A DNA stretch of 64,000 nt, taken from positions 16,860,750 through 16,924,749 of the forward strand of contig CM074524.1 in assembly GCA_037379345.1 (NCBI GenBank). Reading direction: 5' to 3'. The position numbers and the translations under genes were made by a program. The notes below the pieces were generated by a model that was not told the origin of the DNA, made no database searches, and saw only the letters and a list, made by a program, of their open reading frames with translations. Origin of the DNA: Perna viridis (taxonomy: Eukaryota). This document shows, piece by piece, positions 1-13,300 of the stretch; within the stretch, counting starts at the first letter, position 1; every line of letters starts with the position of its first letter.

Positions 1-989
1 CTTTTGGTAAAAACTGCAAGTTTTACTTAAATATTAGAGGTGTAACGGAAATCGCCCAATCACACAATGTAAAGCATAATTGATTCATTGTTTGTTTTTA
101 TTTCATAATTCTACTAGTATAACACACAATAATAAAAGTATACTTACAGGGTCGTCGTAACTGTATACATTGGGCATCTCACCATTCACCGCAGAAAATG
201 TTTAAAGCTGCATTAGCTGCCAAATTTGTACAGTTTTGATCCTACTGAATTTTGCTGATTTAATGAAATGAGTTAGTAGTAATGCAATTGAAGCAATACA
301 TGTCGTTAATACCTACAGAATATTGTGAAAACAACGTTTTTTTAATCAGAGAAGATCGATAGCTCTGATGTAATTATTTGTTTTGCTATTACTTCCGAAG
401 ATTGCCAAAAAGACAATCAACTTGGGGAAAAAATAACAATAACGGATACACAGGTGAGCACGTATCTTGTTTTCATTTCATCTCATCTATTTCTTGATTA
501 GTTTTCAAATAAATAATGACCATATATGTGCCACATCATATGACAATACGTAAATTTCAAAAGGATCCTTGGGTTACATTTTAACTTTTTTTCTTTTACG
601 GTTTGAGTCCATCGGTCTTTCTTGCCGTTGAATAGCCTCTTTCGCTTTGCATTCAGATGTGTTATTAAAAAAGTAACCCTTACAGCACATCCGCGGATTA
701 AGGTCACCAGAAGTTACATACGAATTTATCTAGGTCGATTTTTTTTGTCTTGCAAGACAATAAATATATCCACACCCATTTCATGTATTTAATGCATTTT
801 ATTAGTGGATATCAAATGAAATTATACAGGAAAAGTACAATTTAGTAGAAATAATTCAATGTTAAAGCATATTTCAACAGAAAAAAAATGTACTGATAGC
901 TACCTGAATCCGGCGCGGGATAGAGGTCACATTAACGGACTCTAATATGGATTTAACGAGAAATAGCTACTCCGACCCGAGAATAAGTT

Positions 990-3230
990 TTTAATCTTAG
1001 TCCCAAAATAACTGTTTCAGCCTTTTTCTACTGCTTGGCATTGGTTTGTTAAGATCAATCCTTCTCACTTTCTGAATGACTTTTTGTTTGGAGGCCGCGA
1101 AGGAACTTCCTAGTGTAGACAAATTTTGATGAAATTTCAAGAATGTAGTAAATATTGGTGTCTTTCTAGCCGATAAAAAATGTTCAACCTACTGTGGCTT
1201 TAGAATTTTTTGGGGATTGAATTTGATATTAGGAACATAATTATGAAGCTTCCTGAAGACAAAATCGAGGGTTTAAGTAGTAAACTAGTTGAATCTTTCA
1301 ATTCTAAGAAGATGACTCAACACATAGAGTTGATAGGTTTTAATAGGATTACTTAACCTCGGGTGTCAGGTAATAGGACCCAGGAGAGAGTTTTGCCGTA
1401 GACCTATCTTTGCGACTTGTCATTTACACAAACCTCAAGACATGACTTGAACTTTATCAGACATGAAAGCCGATATCAAAATTTGGTTGGTTATTTTATA
1501 TAACGGTACAACGATAATTGTAGACAGGTTTTGTTTGTGCAATGATCAAATACAACTATTTAGTAACGGTGCAAAAGGGACAAAAAGAGGATTCGGTATT
1601 TATTTGAACGGGAAGTGGGCACACTCTCGCTGGCCCAAATCATTGGTGCAGTCTGCTATAATGACGGACACAACATTTCTAGAATCCTTTCCAGTCGTAA
1701 TGGCATTGTCTTTTAGGGGCACACATTTGGCTAACACGAGAATATAAGCAGGCCGCTGTCACAATAATAAATAGATAAAACCTCTAAGTCACCCCGGGAT
1801 ATGTTCCTTTGAAGAAAATTACTTATCCTATTTTTAAAGAACAATATCTTGTTAAAAGCTATACATGTCACGGGTTATCTAAATGCCGTAGCTGATTCTC
1901 GTGCTGACTTTAATAAATTCAGAAGACTGCGTCCAAAAGCAAATATCAACTCGGTGTCATTCCGCTCTACCTATGGGAGTATTGAATTGGGAAATAAACT
2001 GGTTCGTCAATTTATCAAAGGCATATAAATCCTTCAAAAATTGTGCGTAGAATACAAATTTGCGGTTAGGTGGCCTACCTCATTTAATGAACTACAAAAT
2101 ACATAACATGTCTTCAAATGAGTTTTTGGTTTCGAATATTTCTACTTATTTGTCAGGCTTATATAAGCTTCGCTCAAAAACTACAATGTTTTAGGATCCT
2201 ACAAAAGTTTTCATTGTAGTAGGAAAAATAGTCAACGGGTTGACAAAAAAGACCCTGCTACACGCGAGTGCACTTGCATCAAGAGAGGTTTAAAACTATT
2301 AATCACTGCTTTGAGTATAAAGTGTAACTCTGATTATAAAGCTAAATTATTTTTGGCAGCTTGCTTTTTCTTTGACATATTTTTCTTTGATACGTATAAT
2401 TGTATTAGTGGTAAACAGTTCTCACGACGATTCCGGACAAGACAGTATAACATTTCATTCAGCCGAGAGCGAACTTGAAATGCACGTTACCATTTCTAGC
2501 TCAAAAACCGATCAAAAGGGGAACTCTGTCTTTCTCGTTTAGAAAAAAACAGGCTTATTTGGGCATTTGGTCATTTGGTCAGAAATTCCGTTATTCTTAT
2601 ATTGAAAAAAAACAGGCTGACTTCGGTATATGTTCATTTGGTTGGTCAGAAACTGTCATTTTTGTTTTAGAAAAAAAAACAGTCTGACTGTCTGATTTGA
2701 GCATATTTATTCAAAATGCGCGCTCAAAACGTCAGAAATGTCAAAATAAGACTTCGTGCCTTGTCCATTTATATGGATCAGCCCTGACCAAATACCAGTT
2801 TAGATTTGTTTTACGAAAGAGTTTTGTTGTGTTTAAAACACATTCGTAGGCATTTATTTCGTATAGATTGGGCTACAGATGGCTAAACAAAGGATGCCCG
2901 AGACAAATTATTAAATTGAAGGGGCACTGGTCATCTGGATATTTTCATTTTACAAAGGATTATAGTAAACCCATTTATTGGTTTATCTTAGGACATGCAT
3001 CTACCTAGTTCATGTGTATGCCAATCGCGTACTGGCCTCAATGGAAAGGTTTTCACGAAACGGGGGATCCAAACCTTGTCTTTATTACAGACGGTTGATA
3101 TAAGATTGATAGGAAAGAGAGACATATCATGGCGTGACTTGACGGCCACAGTCGAGAAGAAAATCAAGTCTCTACCCTTTTAAGTTTGGATTATATGGTT
3201 TTGGGAAAGAAAAGTCATATCACCAAAAAA
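990..3230 (+). mobile_element. Decayed DIRS-like tyrosine-recombinase retrotransposon (RT, RNase H, YR and a possible SGNH-like ORF)
   Basis: HFLNDFLFGG (YLDD-like) near 1067; LEF(L)GIEFD...MKLPEDK; RNase H ORF 1463..1747 (GFGIYLNGKW...WP...FLESFPVV); YR C-terminal remnant FRI.WAT...IIKLKGHWSS near 2856-2935. Many stops and frameshifts. Confidence 0.75.
2519..2700 (+). repeat. Degenerate ~62-bp tandem repeat, about 2.5-3 copies
   Basis: GAAAAAAA(A)CAGGCT/CAGTCT recurs near 2541, 2604 and 2670, with CATTTGG...TGGTCAGAAA between copies. Confidence 0.55.
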
Positions 3231-5570
3231 CTGATATGTAAGGATATTTGAAAGTTGAGATTTCTGGCGTAGAAGTAAAAAAATCGTAAGAGTAAAATTG
3301 ATCGGAAGCAATGACGTCTCAACCTAAAATAGTACTATGCCGTCATAATCTACGATCAATTTCACACTTACGACTTTTTGTGAAATCGACGCCTGGTACC
3401 AAAAATTCGCAACTAATTGAGACATATATGAGGCGTTACTATCATGTAGCAAAATGTATTAGGAAGGCCATAGAAAAGATCAGGAAAAGAGTTTTAGCGT
3501 TAGAAGCAAATTTAAACAAAGCATTTATTATTATTTTTTTTTTGCTCTTTCATATCAGAACGATCTGTTAGGAACGTCAAATGCATACTATAATCGGACA
3601 CTCTTTTAGTCATCATTTATTTCTCAAGTTTCCTATAGGTGCACTAATATTTGCAAAATCACAGAATTTCATATTTTTTTTTACTTTTTGTGCTTGAAAC
3701 TCTCTACGTTTATCAGATTTATAAAGCTGTTGTAGGGTAATCTTAGTTGCTTTATACAATTAAAGTTTTTGTATGGACACCCTATAAATCATTTTGGAAT
3801 AAAAAGTATTTCTTTGAAATCTGCAGGTGTCTTTTCAAACAACGGACGGACAAAACCATAAAAACTTGGTATGAAGGTAGAAATCAAACATGCATAAAGA
3901 AGTACGGAAATTACGAAATATGTTTCAATGAACACAAACAAATACTTAACTAATATACATCTAAATATATTACTTCCATTTTAAACACATGATTCCATTT
4001 TTCTTTCTAACTTCCATTATATTTGTAACATCTTAAAAAGACAGATATACCTTTCTGTTTTGCAATAATATCCCTACCTTTCTCTTTACATGTATGTGTA
4101 CTTTTGTGAATTGGTCAAAAGTTACAACTATAAAACTATGACTTCAGATCACATAAATGATAAAAGGTTTGTACAAACTAATAAACTTGTTTATTAATGA
4201 ATAGATATAAGTTAACAAACAATGTATGACAAAGAATGTTGCCACATTTATTTCACTTACAAGTGGAGAAATATGAACGGTTTACTCACGTTTCGCGACT
4301 TAGTGTTTAAGTATCTGTAAGATTCAGACACTGGGTGAACATTGGTTTTAAAAAATAAACTGTGATTTAATTGCGATCATTATAAATAAAATCAAAGACT
4401 GAAGACTTTAACGTCGCTAATCGTCAAATATTCTATGCACTGATTTTGGCTTGCTTTCAACATCCGAAATGGCACGAATGCGATATACTCTAAAATCTAA
4501 AATCTTGGTTCCCTTGATTATACACTTTCGTAACCGTGACGAACAGAATGTTTTGTTCAATCAAAATAACTGGTTACCAGGAAGTGCGGATAATGTTTTC
4601 ATCCACAAGTTTCTTTTACATTTCTAGCGATCTTTGGGTCGCTTATGATATTGACCAGGGAACCAGATTAGGAACCAAATAACATATTTGGCAATGGCTA
4701 TATAAATCCGGGCACTGGTAAGGTATATGACCCATATAGTTAATAGTAACGAACCCCTGTGTCTGAATTGGAAACTGCTAAATGTTCAATGCACTAACCG
4801 ATCATTCCATCTTTAAATGTAAACTTCCCGTTCTCTAACAAGCAACAACACACGTAGAACACACTTGTATGATATTAAAGAGGTACATTTTGATCTCGTA
4901 TGAAGATAGAACAATAAGGCTATGACGATAAACACGGCACCGATCAGCAGCTTAATGTGGAGTTGTAATATATAATCATGCAAATCATATGCAAATGTAA
5001 AGAATTTAATTTACGAGTGCAAGAAGTTGCTAATAATACTAGCGACCTAAAAAGACTTTCTTAAATGAAAATGAATTGCCAGATAAGTAGGTATTTGGCA
5101 TTCGTATCTAAGACTTTCCCATTTTGTCTGTTTTTTTAAAACAAAACCTGTACCTAAAAATGTGCTTCAAGGCATTTACAAAGTATTTCCTATCACTTGC
5201 CGGTTAGATTATTGATTATTTGTGCAATTCGCTTCATATCTGTCTTATTTACATTAAAATACAAAAAGTACACAAAAGTTATAGTATATACAAATCAAAA
5301 TATGTGAACATGATGTTCAGGTAAATGGAAAAATATATTTTATGATGCAGTTAAGGTGGTTTTCATGAAAGTCAAATTTTCACATGAAATTCTTGCATAA
5401 TTTTCACACCAAAATTATGTTATTTCACACGAAGATCAATCACAGGAATTTCATGTGGTGCTTTAATTTTCATTAATTTTAAATAAACTGTTTCAGCCTA
5501 TGATTTTTTTTCTATTTATTGATAACATGCCTAATAAGGTCTATACTAATTGTTATCAAGACAACGTTCA

Positions 5571-8500
5571 TTAGAAGGATCCATAGTAGGACGAACTCTT
5601 GAAACGTTTAGCGGTGCGGTTAGCAAAGATTATGTCTTCATCAACATTCCCAAATGATTTCCTTTCGTAATTTGACCAATAGAGAGGTGGGAGCCCCGCA
5701 TCTGAAATATTATCACTTTCCATATTATTATCACGTTTGGTCTTTCCTGCATCTACATCATTCCCCTTGCTGTGTCTGTCAACAACAAAATTTGAAAATA
5801 TACTTTTGGTATCAGAATAATATAAAGATTAAACGTGTGAATTTTTTTATTCTTTGATTATAAAATATGACAAGATCGACAGCGCATAAATATATGTGTA
5901 TAGAGTAGTTGTGTTCGATTACGTTTTCGTGCGCAATATTGTAAAAAAAAATGATCCAGGAGATGAGGAACCGGAGATTGTAACCCTTGTTTATGACAGT
6001 TTTGTGAACTGTGTTATCCCGCCCTTTTTATAACTTTCTGGGTCCACTCTTTGTGAAAATGTTGTATATGTTTTTTTCTTATTGTTATTATACAGACAAC
6101 GAGATTTTGTAATATCTGGAGCAATATATATTCGAAAATCTTATTTGTTCAGATGTTTCATTGCATAATTTAAAGTACAACGTTTATAATTTTGCAGTTG
6201 ATAAAAGCTGCGTGATTCAAAACATTGAAGATATTTTTTTAATTCACTTATGTTTTATGTTTAAGGTTTTTTACGACTTTGTACTTGTTTTTGAATTTTT
6301 TCTGTATAAATATGCTTGAACTAACTTCATTACCTGACTTTATAACATAGTCCAACTATAACCATTATAAGAACAAGTACTGCAAATACACCAGCGAAGG
6401 ACGATCCAATAATTGTTATCATTGTCATGTAATCTGCAAAAGTCATATCTTAATCTAAAAGAACATAATTACATTTAAGAATTGACAATACAGTCAAACT
6501 TGTTTTAGCAAATATCTGTATTCAGGAATAACGTGTTTAAAAAGAATGTAATTGGAAAAATCCATATATGTAATTCACCATGATTTCGTCCTCCCATAGA
6601 AGTTCAATTAAGATCAGTATGATTGTAATTGATTTTAAGCAACGTCAAAGTTGACCCTTAAACTACCGTTAGTAACTTTGTTCATACTCTAACAGCGAAG
6701 CTTTACATTATCTTCTGGGCCTTGACCAACTTGATACATAATTTGCCTAAGAAATTAGTGATATATTTCGACCGATCGATTTTAATTCCACTTAAATGTG
6801 TATTGTTCTGAAAATATCTCTGGCTTTTTATATTATTTGTTATTAACTATATGTAGCAGATTGCGTTAATTTTATTTGCTTGATAAAAAAAATATTAATT
6901 TAAAATAGAAACTTTTATCAAGTCTAACCTGATGAAGAGGATTTGTTTCTGGTCGGATCAGTTACAATTGTTTCTTTCATACTTGTTGCAGGTTCATTTG
7001 GCATTTCATTTGTATGCTCAGTTTGTGTAGTTTCTTCCTTTCTAGATGTACTTTGTTCCGTTTTCTTGGTTGTTTCTGTAATATCGGCGATGGGTTCAGT
7101 GATTTTCGTTGCTTCCATAATGGTGGTTGCGTACCCTTCTGGTGTCGTTTGGTCAATAGAGATAGATGGCTCATATTTTGTCGTTGTTTCTTTATTAGTG
7201 ATAGTTGACTCAGCTTGTGTTCTTTCGTCTTTTATTTCGGTAGTTGGTTCAGTTCGTGCCCATGATTCTTTAATAGCGGCAGTCGACACGGCTTCTGTCA
7301 TTGTTTCTTTATTTATGGTATAGGGTTCATATCGTGTTGTCATTTCTTTTATTGTGGTACTTAGATCAGATTGTGAAGGTGTTTCTTTAACCCCGATAGT
7401 GGGTTCAGTTTGTGTCGTTGTTTCCTCAATTGTGGAAGAGGACTCTTGTGTGGTTTCTTGAATTCTTGTCGTTAGTTCAGATTGTGTCATTGTGTCCTTA
7501 TCAAAGGTAGTGGTCTCAGATTGAGTTGTTTCTTCTATTGTTGTTGTGGTGGTTGCCTCAGTTTGTAAAGATGTTTCTCTGATCTCGATAGTGGAATCAG
7601 TTTGTGTCGTTGTTTCCTCAATTGTGGAAGAGGACTCTTTTTGTGTTGTTTCTTGAATCCTTGTAGTAAGTTCAGGTTGTGTCGTTAAGTCTTTATCAAA
7701 GGTAATGGTATCAGATTGAGTTGTTTTCTCTATTGTTGTTGTGGTGGTTGGCTCAGTTTGTAAAGATGTTTCTCTGATCTGGATAGTGGATTCAGTTTGT
7801 GTCGTTGTTTCCTCAATTGTGGAAGAGGACTCTTCTTGTGTTGTTTCTTGAATCCTTGTAGTAAGTTCAGGTTGTGTCGTTGTGTCTCTATCAAAGGTAA
7901 TGGTCTCAGATTTAGTTGTTTCTTCTATTGTTGTTGTGGTGGTTGCCTCAGTTTGTAAAGATGATTCTCTGATCTGGATAGTGGGTTCAGTTTGTGTCGT
8001 TGTTTCCACAATTGTGGAAGAGGACTCTTCTTGTGTTGTTTCTTGAATCCTTGTAGTAAGTTCAGGCTGTGTCGTTGTGTCTTTCACAAGAGTAGTTGTT
8101 GTAGAATCTGTTGTGTGAAGGTAAGGACAGCTATCCTGGTAAATAAACATGAAGAAAGACTCGACTGAATTGTACCTATAATTACATCAAAATAATTATC
8201 TGTCTTAATGATTACACTTCATTTCAAGAGTAATCAAGGGAACAATGGTTATAGCGGTAATCAAAAGAATGTGAACAAAGATCAGACATGGAAAACAGAC
8301 ATACACAACAAAGAACATAAAGCAAATAAAATCATACATACAAAATAACAAAAGCAAATGAGTAACTCGGACTCCACTAAAAACTGGAAGCATGGACCAG
8401 ATGCACCGGTAGGGTAAGCATCTTCTGCTTTTCTAGAAACACCCGCCGAGTTGCTTATAAAAGTCAAGTCCGGGGTATACAAACGAGGAAAGGAAAACTA

Positions 8501-10306
8501 TGACACGTTGAATAAATCAGTTTTCATGGTGCAGATGGATACACCATAACGATCTACGAGTTCATGATGACGACCATAAAGCTTCTGTAGTGATGACTTC
8601 AAATTTGTAGCAACATAACCCTGTTCCAGAAGCCTATTTGTTAGAGTTCTAGCGCGATACAAAAAGTCTGGGTAGTTTCGGCAAGCTCTGGCATAACGTA
8701 TGAGTTGTGATATTAACACTCCATACGCAGGTGCTGAAGGAATGTCGCCACAGATGAAAGGAAAGTTGACAATTCTGAATGAAAAGACATCATGTTTGTC
8801 GTAAAGTTTGGTCAATAGTTTTCCTTTACTATCGATTTCTAAGTGTAGGTCAAGATATGAACCGACTTCACAGTGAACGATATTTCTGATGAACAAAGAA
8901 AGTTAACGAACAACTATGATGTCGTGCGAGAAACAAATTTAACATGTTGCTCAATTTCAAGCTTGCATATCAAAATCATCAAACGATTTGCAAAGATAAA
9001 AATTGGGTTACGTTAAATTTACAAAATTAGAGACAAAACTTTAAAAACTTCATGTAAGATACATAAATTTATGTACTCGGATTTTGATATATCGAAATTG
9101 TCCCAACATTGTCGCTTTGTAATGTTTGTGCCAAAATACAAAGTGGTTGAATTTTATTTGATATGAGTTTTTAATTGATATTGATGTGGAGTAAAGTTTC
9201 TTCATATACAGGTTCAAATGAAAGGATGAATATGATTGAATTTTAGTCCGGTCATTGCCCATATCACTACCAACTCTTACATCATCAGCGAGAGTGACCA
9301 CAATTATGGGATATATATAACATACTACCTTACAAACAGTATTGAACAAAAAAAACGGCGATAACTATAATGCGCATTATTACAGACAAATAAGGTTTCT
9401 GAAATTATCAATATGTATTTAAAACCTAATCTTTTCTACTCTTCATAATTCTTGTAACTAAACTAAATGAATTTATGCTATCAATGTTCAAACATAGCAA
9501 CAGTGTATTTGTCATTATACACTTACCAACAAAACGCAAGTCAGACTTGTTGTATTACAGTTGTAGCAGTCTTCATCGTACACAATAACTTTTATAGAAT
9601 CTCCAAAATGAAAACCATCGTTTGACAGACTTATCTCGTATCCATCAGCAATGGTGTCCTCATATGTTGCTCTTTTCCGCCTATTTGAATGCAAATCACA
9701 GGATACCATGTAGTTGTTGCGGTAGACAGCTTGAATAACACTGCCATTGGTTTGGGACTGTGTTCCATTTTCATGAATCTGGTAGAAATCATGATTATGA
9801 TAAACATTGTTTAAAAATAAATAATTCGAACAAAAAATCTTCCATTTCAAAATACTAGGTCGAATTCGAATACATGAATGAATACACACGACTCAAGCAA
9901 TATGTATGATTACTAATTAGTTGTTTTTACAGGTGGGTCATATTTAGAAATAAGTGTCCGACTTTTCTTGGAAAATTTACTATGGAAAATCAAAGTTGGA
10001 TCAAAATCAAGTTTATTTTTTTATATCACAAACACAACTATTTTTTAGTTCTATGTTATGTTGATAATTAATCAAAATGAATACATCTAACACAGGTATT
10101 AATATGGTTCAATATCTTCACTGTCTGATGCGGCAATGCATACAAGAATTGAAAAAAAAGAAAAATGGATTGGATTTGCTACTTATACACATGGTCATTC
10201 CGAGTTATCCAATTCCTTGTCATTAGAAATTGCCGAATGTTTACAGTAAATTGCTATTTGGTATCTTTTGTTTCCGGTTTAAGTTTTTTTTCTTTCTTTT
10301 TTTCTT

Positions 10307-10337
<31 letters not shown>

Positions 10338-13300
10338 GTTTTTTTTGTGGTCGCCCTTTAGAAATTTGACCGACGTTCTAATCTTGATTTCCATCGAATA
10401 AACAATAACCTATTTTATGTACTAAAATAAATTTACGTCTAATGACCGTTTAAAAAAAAGACATCATTTTGAACGCCAGCATTTTGTTGACAAAATAGGA
10501 AGAATTTCTTCGTGTCGAGGCAAAAAGGGCTGAGTTGTCAAGTTTAATAGGTGATGAACAACTTATTGTCCCCATAAACATTCAAACCATAAGTCTCGTT
10601 GTGGGACAAAACGTTTCCATTGAACTTTCCTCATATATATTTTTTTTTCATTTGAAAAATCTTTTTAGATGTTATTGCACCAAAAAACCAATACATTTGG
10701 ATTCCATAAATGTTTCTCCAATAAAAGTCCTTCTATTCATTTTTACAAAACAAAATATGGCAGACAATGGATTTATATGAGAGGGTGTGAAGACTGATTC
10801 ACATGCTTATATTTTTTTAGAAATATAAAAACAATTGCGAACCGAAACACTTGTCATTTAGAAATTATCTTGAGCCAACCCATAAATCTGAAATCGTTAA
10901 TTAAAGTGAATAATAAAATGTTTACGGAGAAAACTACAGTGAAACATTTTTTTTATTTTTGTTGGAACAAGGATTTCTATTGTTTGATGAACTTAAGAAG
11001 GAATATGATTTGGAACCAACTAATTAATTATTATTCTTACATACATGTCATACAAGTGTAATAACAAAATACTGTTTAAGGAAAAAGGGTAATTGAAACA
11101 AACTTTGATGATAAATAAGATAGGTATAATTTAAACTAAGTATATTGATAGAGTAATCAAGGAAACCAAGGGTATAGCGGTAATCAAAAGAATGTAATCC
11201 AGGGACAAAGACCAGACATGGAAAACAGACATACACAACAAAGAACATAAAGTAACTAAAATCATACATACAAAGTAACAAAAGCAAATGAGCAACTAGG
11301 ACTCCACTAAAACCTGGGAGCATGGATCAGTTGATAATATGCTGACAAATATGTATATGAATTGTTTTGTCATATCGTGAGCACTATGGATCTGTATCTG
11401 CCGTACATTCAATCTCAGTTTTCGCTATATAGATGACGTATTATCTTTAAACAATCCTAATTTCGGGGATCGCATCTACCCAAAAGAATTTGAGATAATA
11501 TATATATCTTGACCTACACTTAGAAATCAATGATAAAGGAAACTATTGACCAAAGTTTACGACAAACGTGATGACTTTTCATTCAGAATTGTCAACTTTC
11601 CTTTCATCTGTGGCGACATCCCTTCGGCTCCTACGTATGGAGTGTTCATATCACAACTCATACGTTATGCCAGAGCTTACCGAAACTACCCAGACTTTTC
11701 TGTATCGCGCTAGAACTCTAACAAAGAGGCTTCTGGAACAGGGTTGTGTTGCTACAAGATTGAAGGCATCATTACAGAAGTTTTATGGACGTCATCATGA
11801 ACTCGTAGATCGTTATGATGTATCCATCTGCACCATGAAAACTGATTTATTCAACGGGTCATAGTTTTCCTTTCCTCGTTTGTCTACCCCGGACTTGACT
11901 TCTTAGCAGCAACTCGGCGGGTGTTTCTGGAAAAGCAGAGGACGCTTAATCTACCGGTGCACCTGGTCCATGCTCCCAGTTTTTAGTGGAGTCCGAGTTG
12001 CTCATTTAATTTTGTTACTTTGTATGTATGATTTTAGTTACTTCTGTCTGGTCTTTGTCCCTGGATTACATTCTTTTGATTACCGCTATAACCTTGGTTC
12101 CCTTGATACTCTTAAAAGAAATTACAAAACTATAAAATTTGATATCTTAAACCATATTTGCCAGCTTTGATCGCATTCATGTATAATTAAGAAAATAATA
12201 TAGATCAATAAAAATTACATAAAAATGTTTTCTAAGACACCAAATCTCCTCGGAGTAGAAAATGCCGTAGATATTTGTTTTTCTACAGGCTCTGCGTCTT
12301 TTCCCACAGAGACCACCTCTAGGAACTGTTATGTTTATCGGAGGTTGAAATGTTTCCTCCGAACACGATGGACCAGAAAAACCATCAAAACATGAGCAAA
12401 CACCTATAAACAAAAACAAATATTAGTTAATTAGTTAGCAAAAGAAATGATCAACATTTGAAAACTTGATCGTTTTGTAGAAAGGTCCCAAATAATCAAA
12501 ATATTTTTAGAACGTTCTACGTGAAAAAATAACAAGTATCTGGAATTTCAGTTAGCGGAATTAGCGGGATTATGGGCTTTAGTAACTGATCCAAAATGGT
12601 ATTGCTTTGACGATCAGGCATTACATTTATTTGGTTGTATTTTCGGTACCAAATTTGTGGTTGCCAACGTTGTGCTGCCTACCTGTTGTAGTAGCCAACA
12701 TGTTGATATGACACAATTGCAATTCGTTATAAGAGCACTGGAAATGTAAAACTATGGATTTGCACCTAATTGCGATATAAAACTAACAAATATAATATAA
12801 TATAATATAATATAATATGAAAAAGAATTAACAGATGTGTATTTGATGTTTTTTGTAGAAATATACATTTAAAGAAGATTTTAATTGATATTGACAAATT
12901 TAACTTTGTGTCGTTTTTGCTGTTGTGAATTAATTAGTACAAATTATTTATTATACGTATATTGATATGATTCGATAAAACTTATTATATTGCATGTCAA
13001 AATGGCGACGGTATTTTGAGGCTACTAATTAAACTCAATCAATGAAATAGATAGTTAGCTGACATTGAATGCATCTCTATAGAAAATGCAATGCAAACCG
13101 AGCTGATCGGGATCAACTAAAGACAAAGTGTTAATAGTCCCATGGTCGTCATAATGACTTGACTGGTCAATGGGGTGATTTTGTTTTAAATTGATCAATT
13201 ACATTCATCATTTATCAGAGACGCTGCTTTTCGCTGAATTTATCCTACATCGATCGGCACTAAGCAGGAACTTACTGAGCATATGAGTTAATTCCAAGTT

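Noticed and set aside
5571-5585. Possible C-terminal PDZ-binding motif (YGSF)
   Set aside because: The -2 residue is Gly, which fits neither class I nor class II consensus.
6943-7323. Hydrophobic plus-strand ORF
   Set aside because: Antisense shadow of the Thr/Glu-rich mucin exon.
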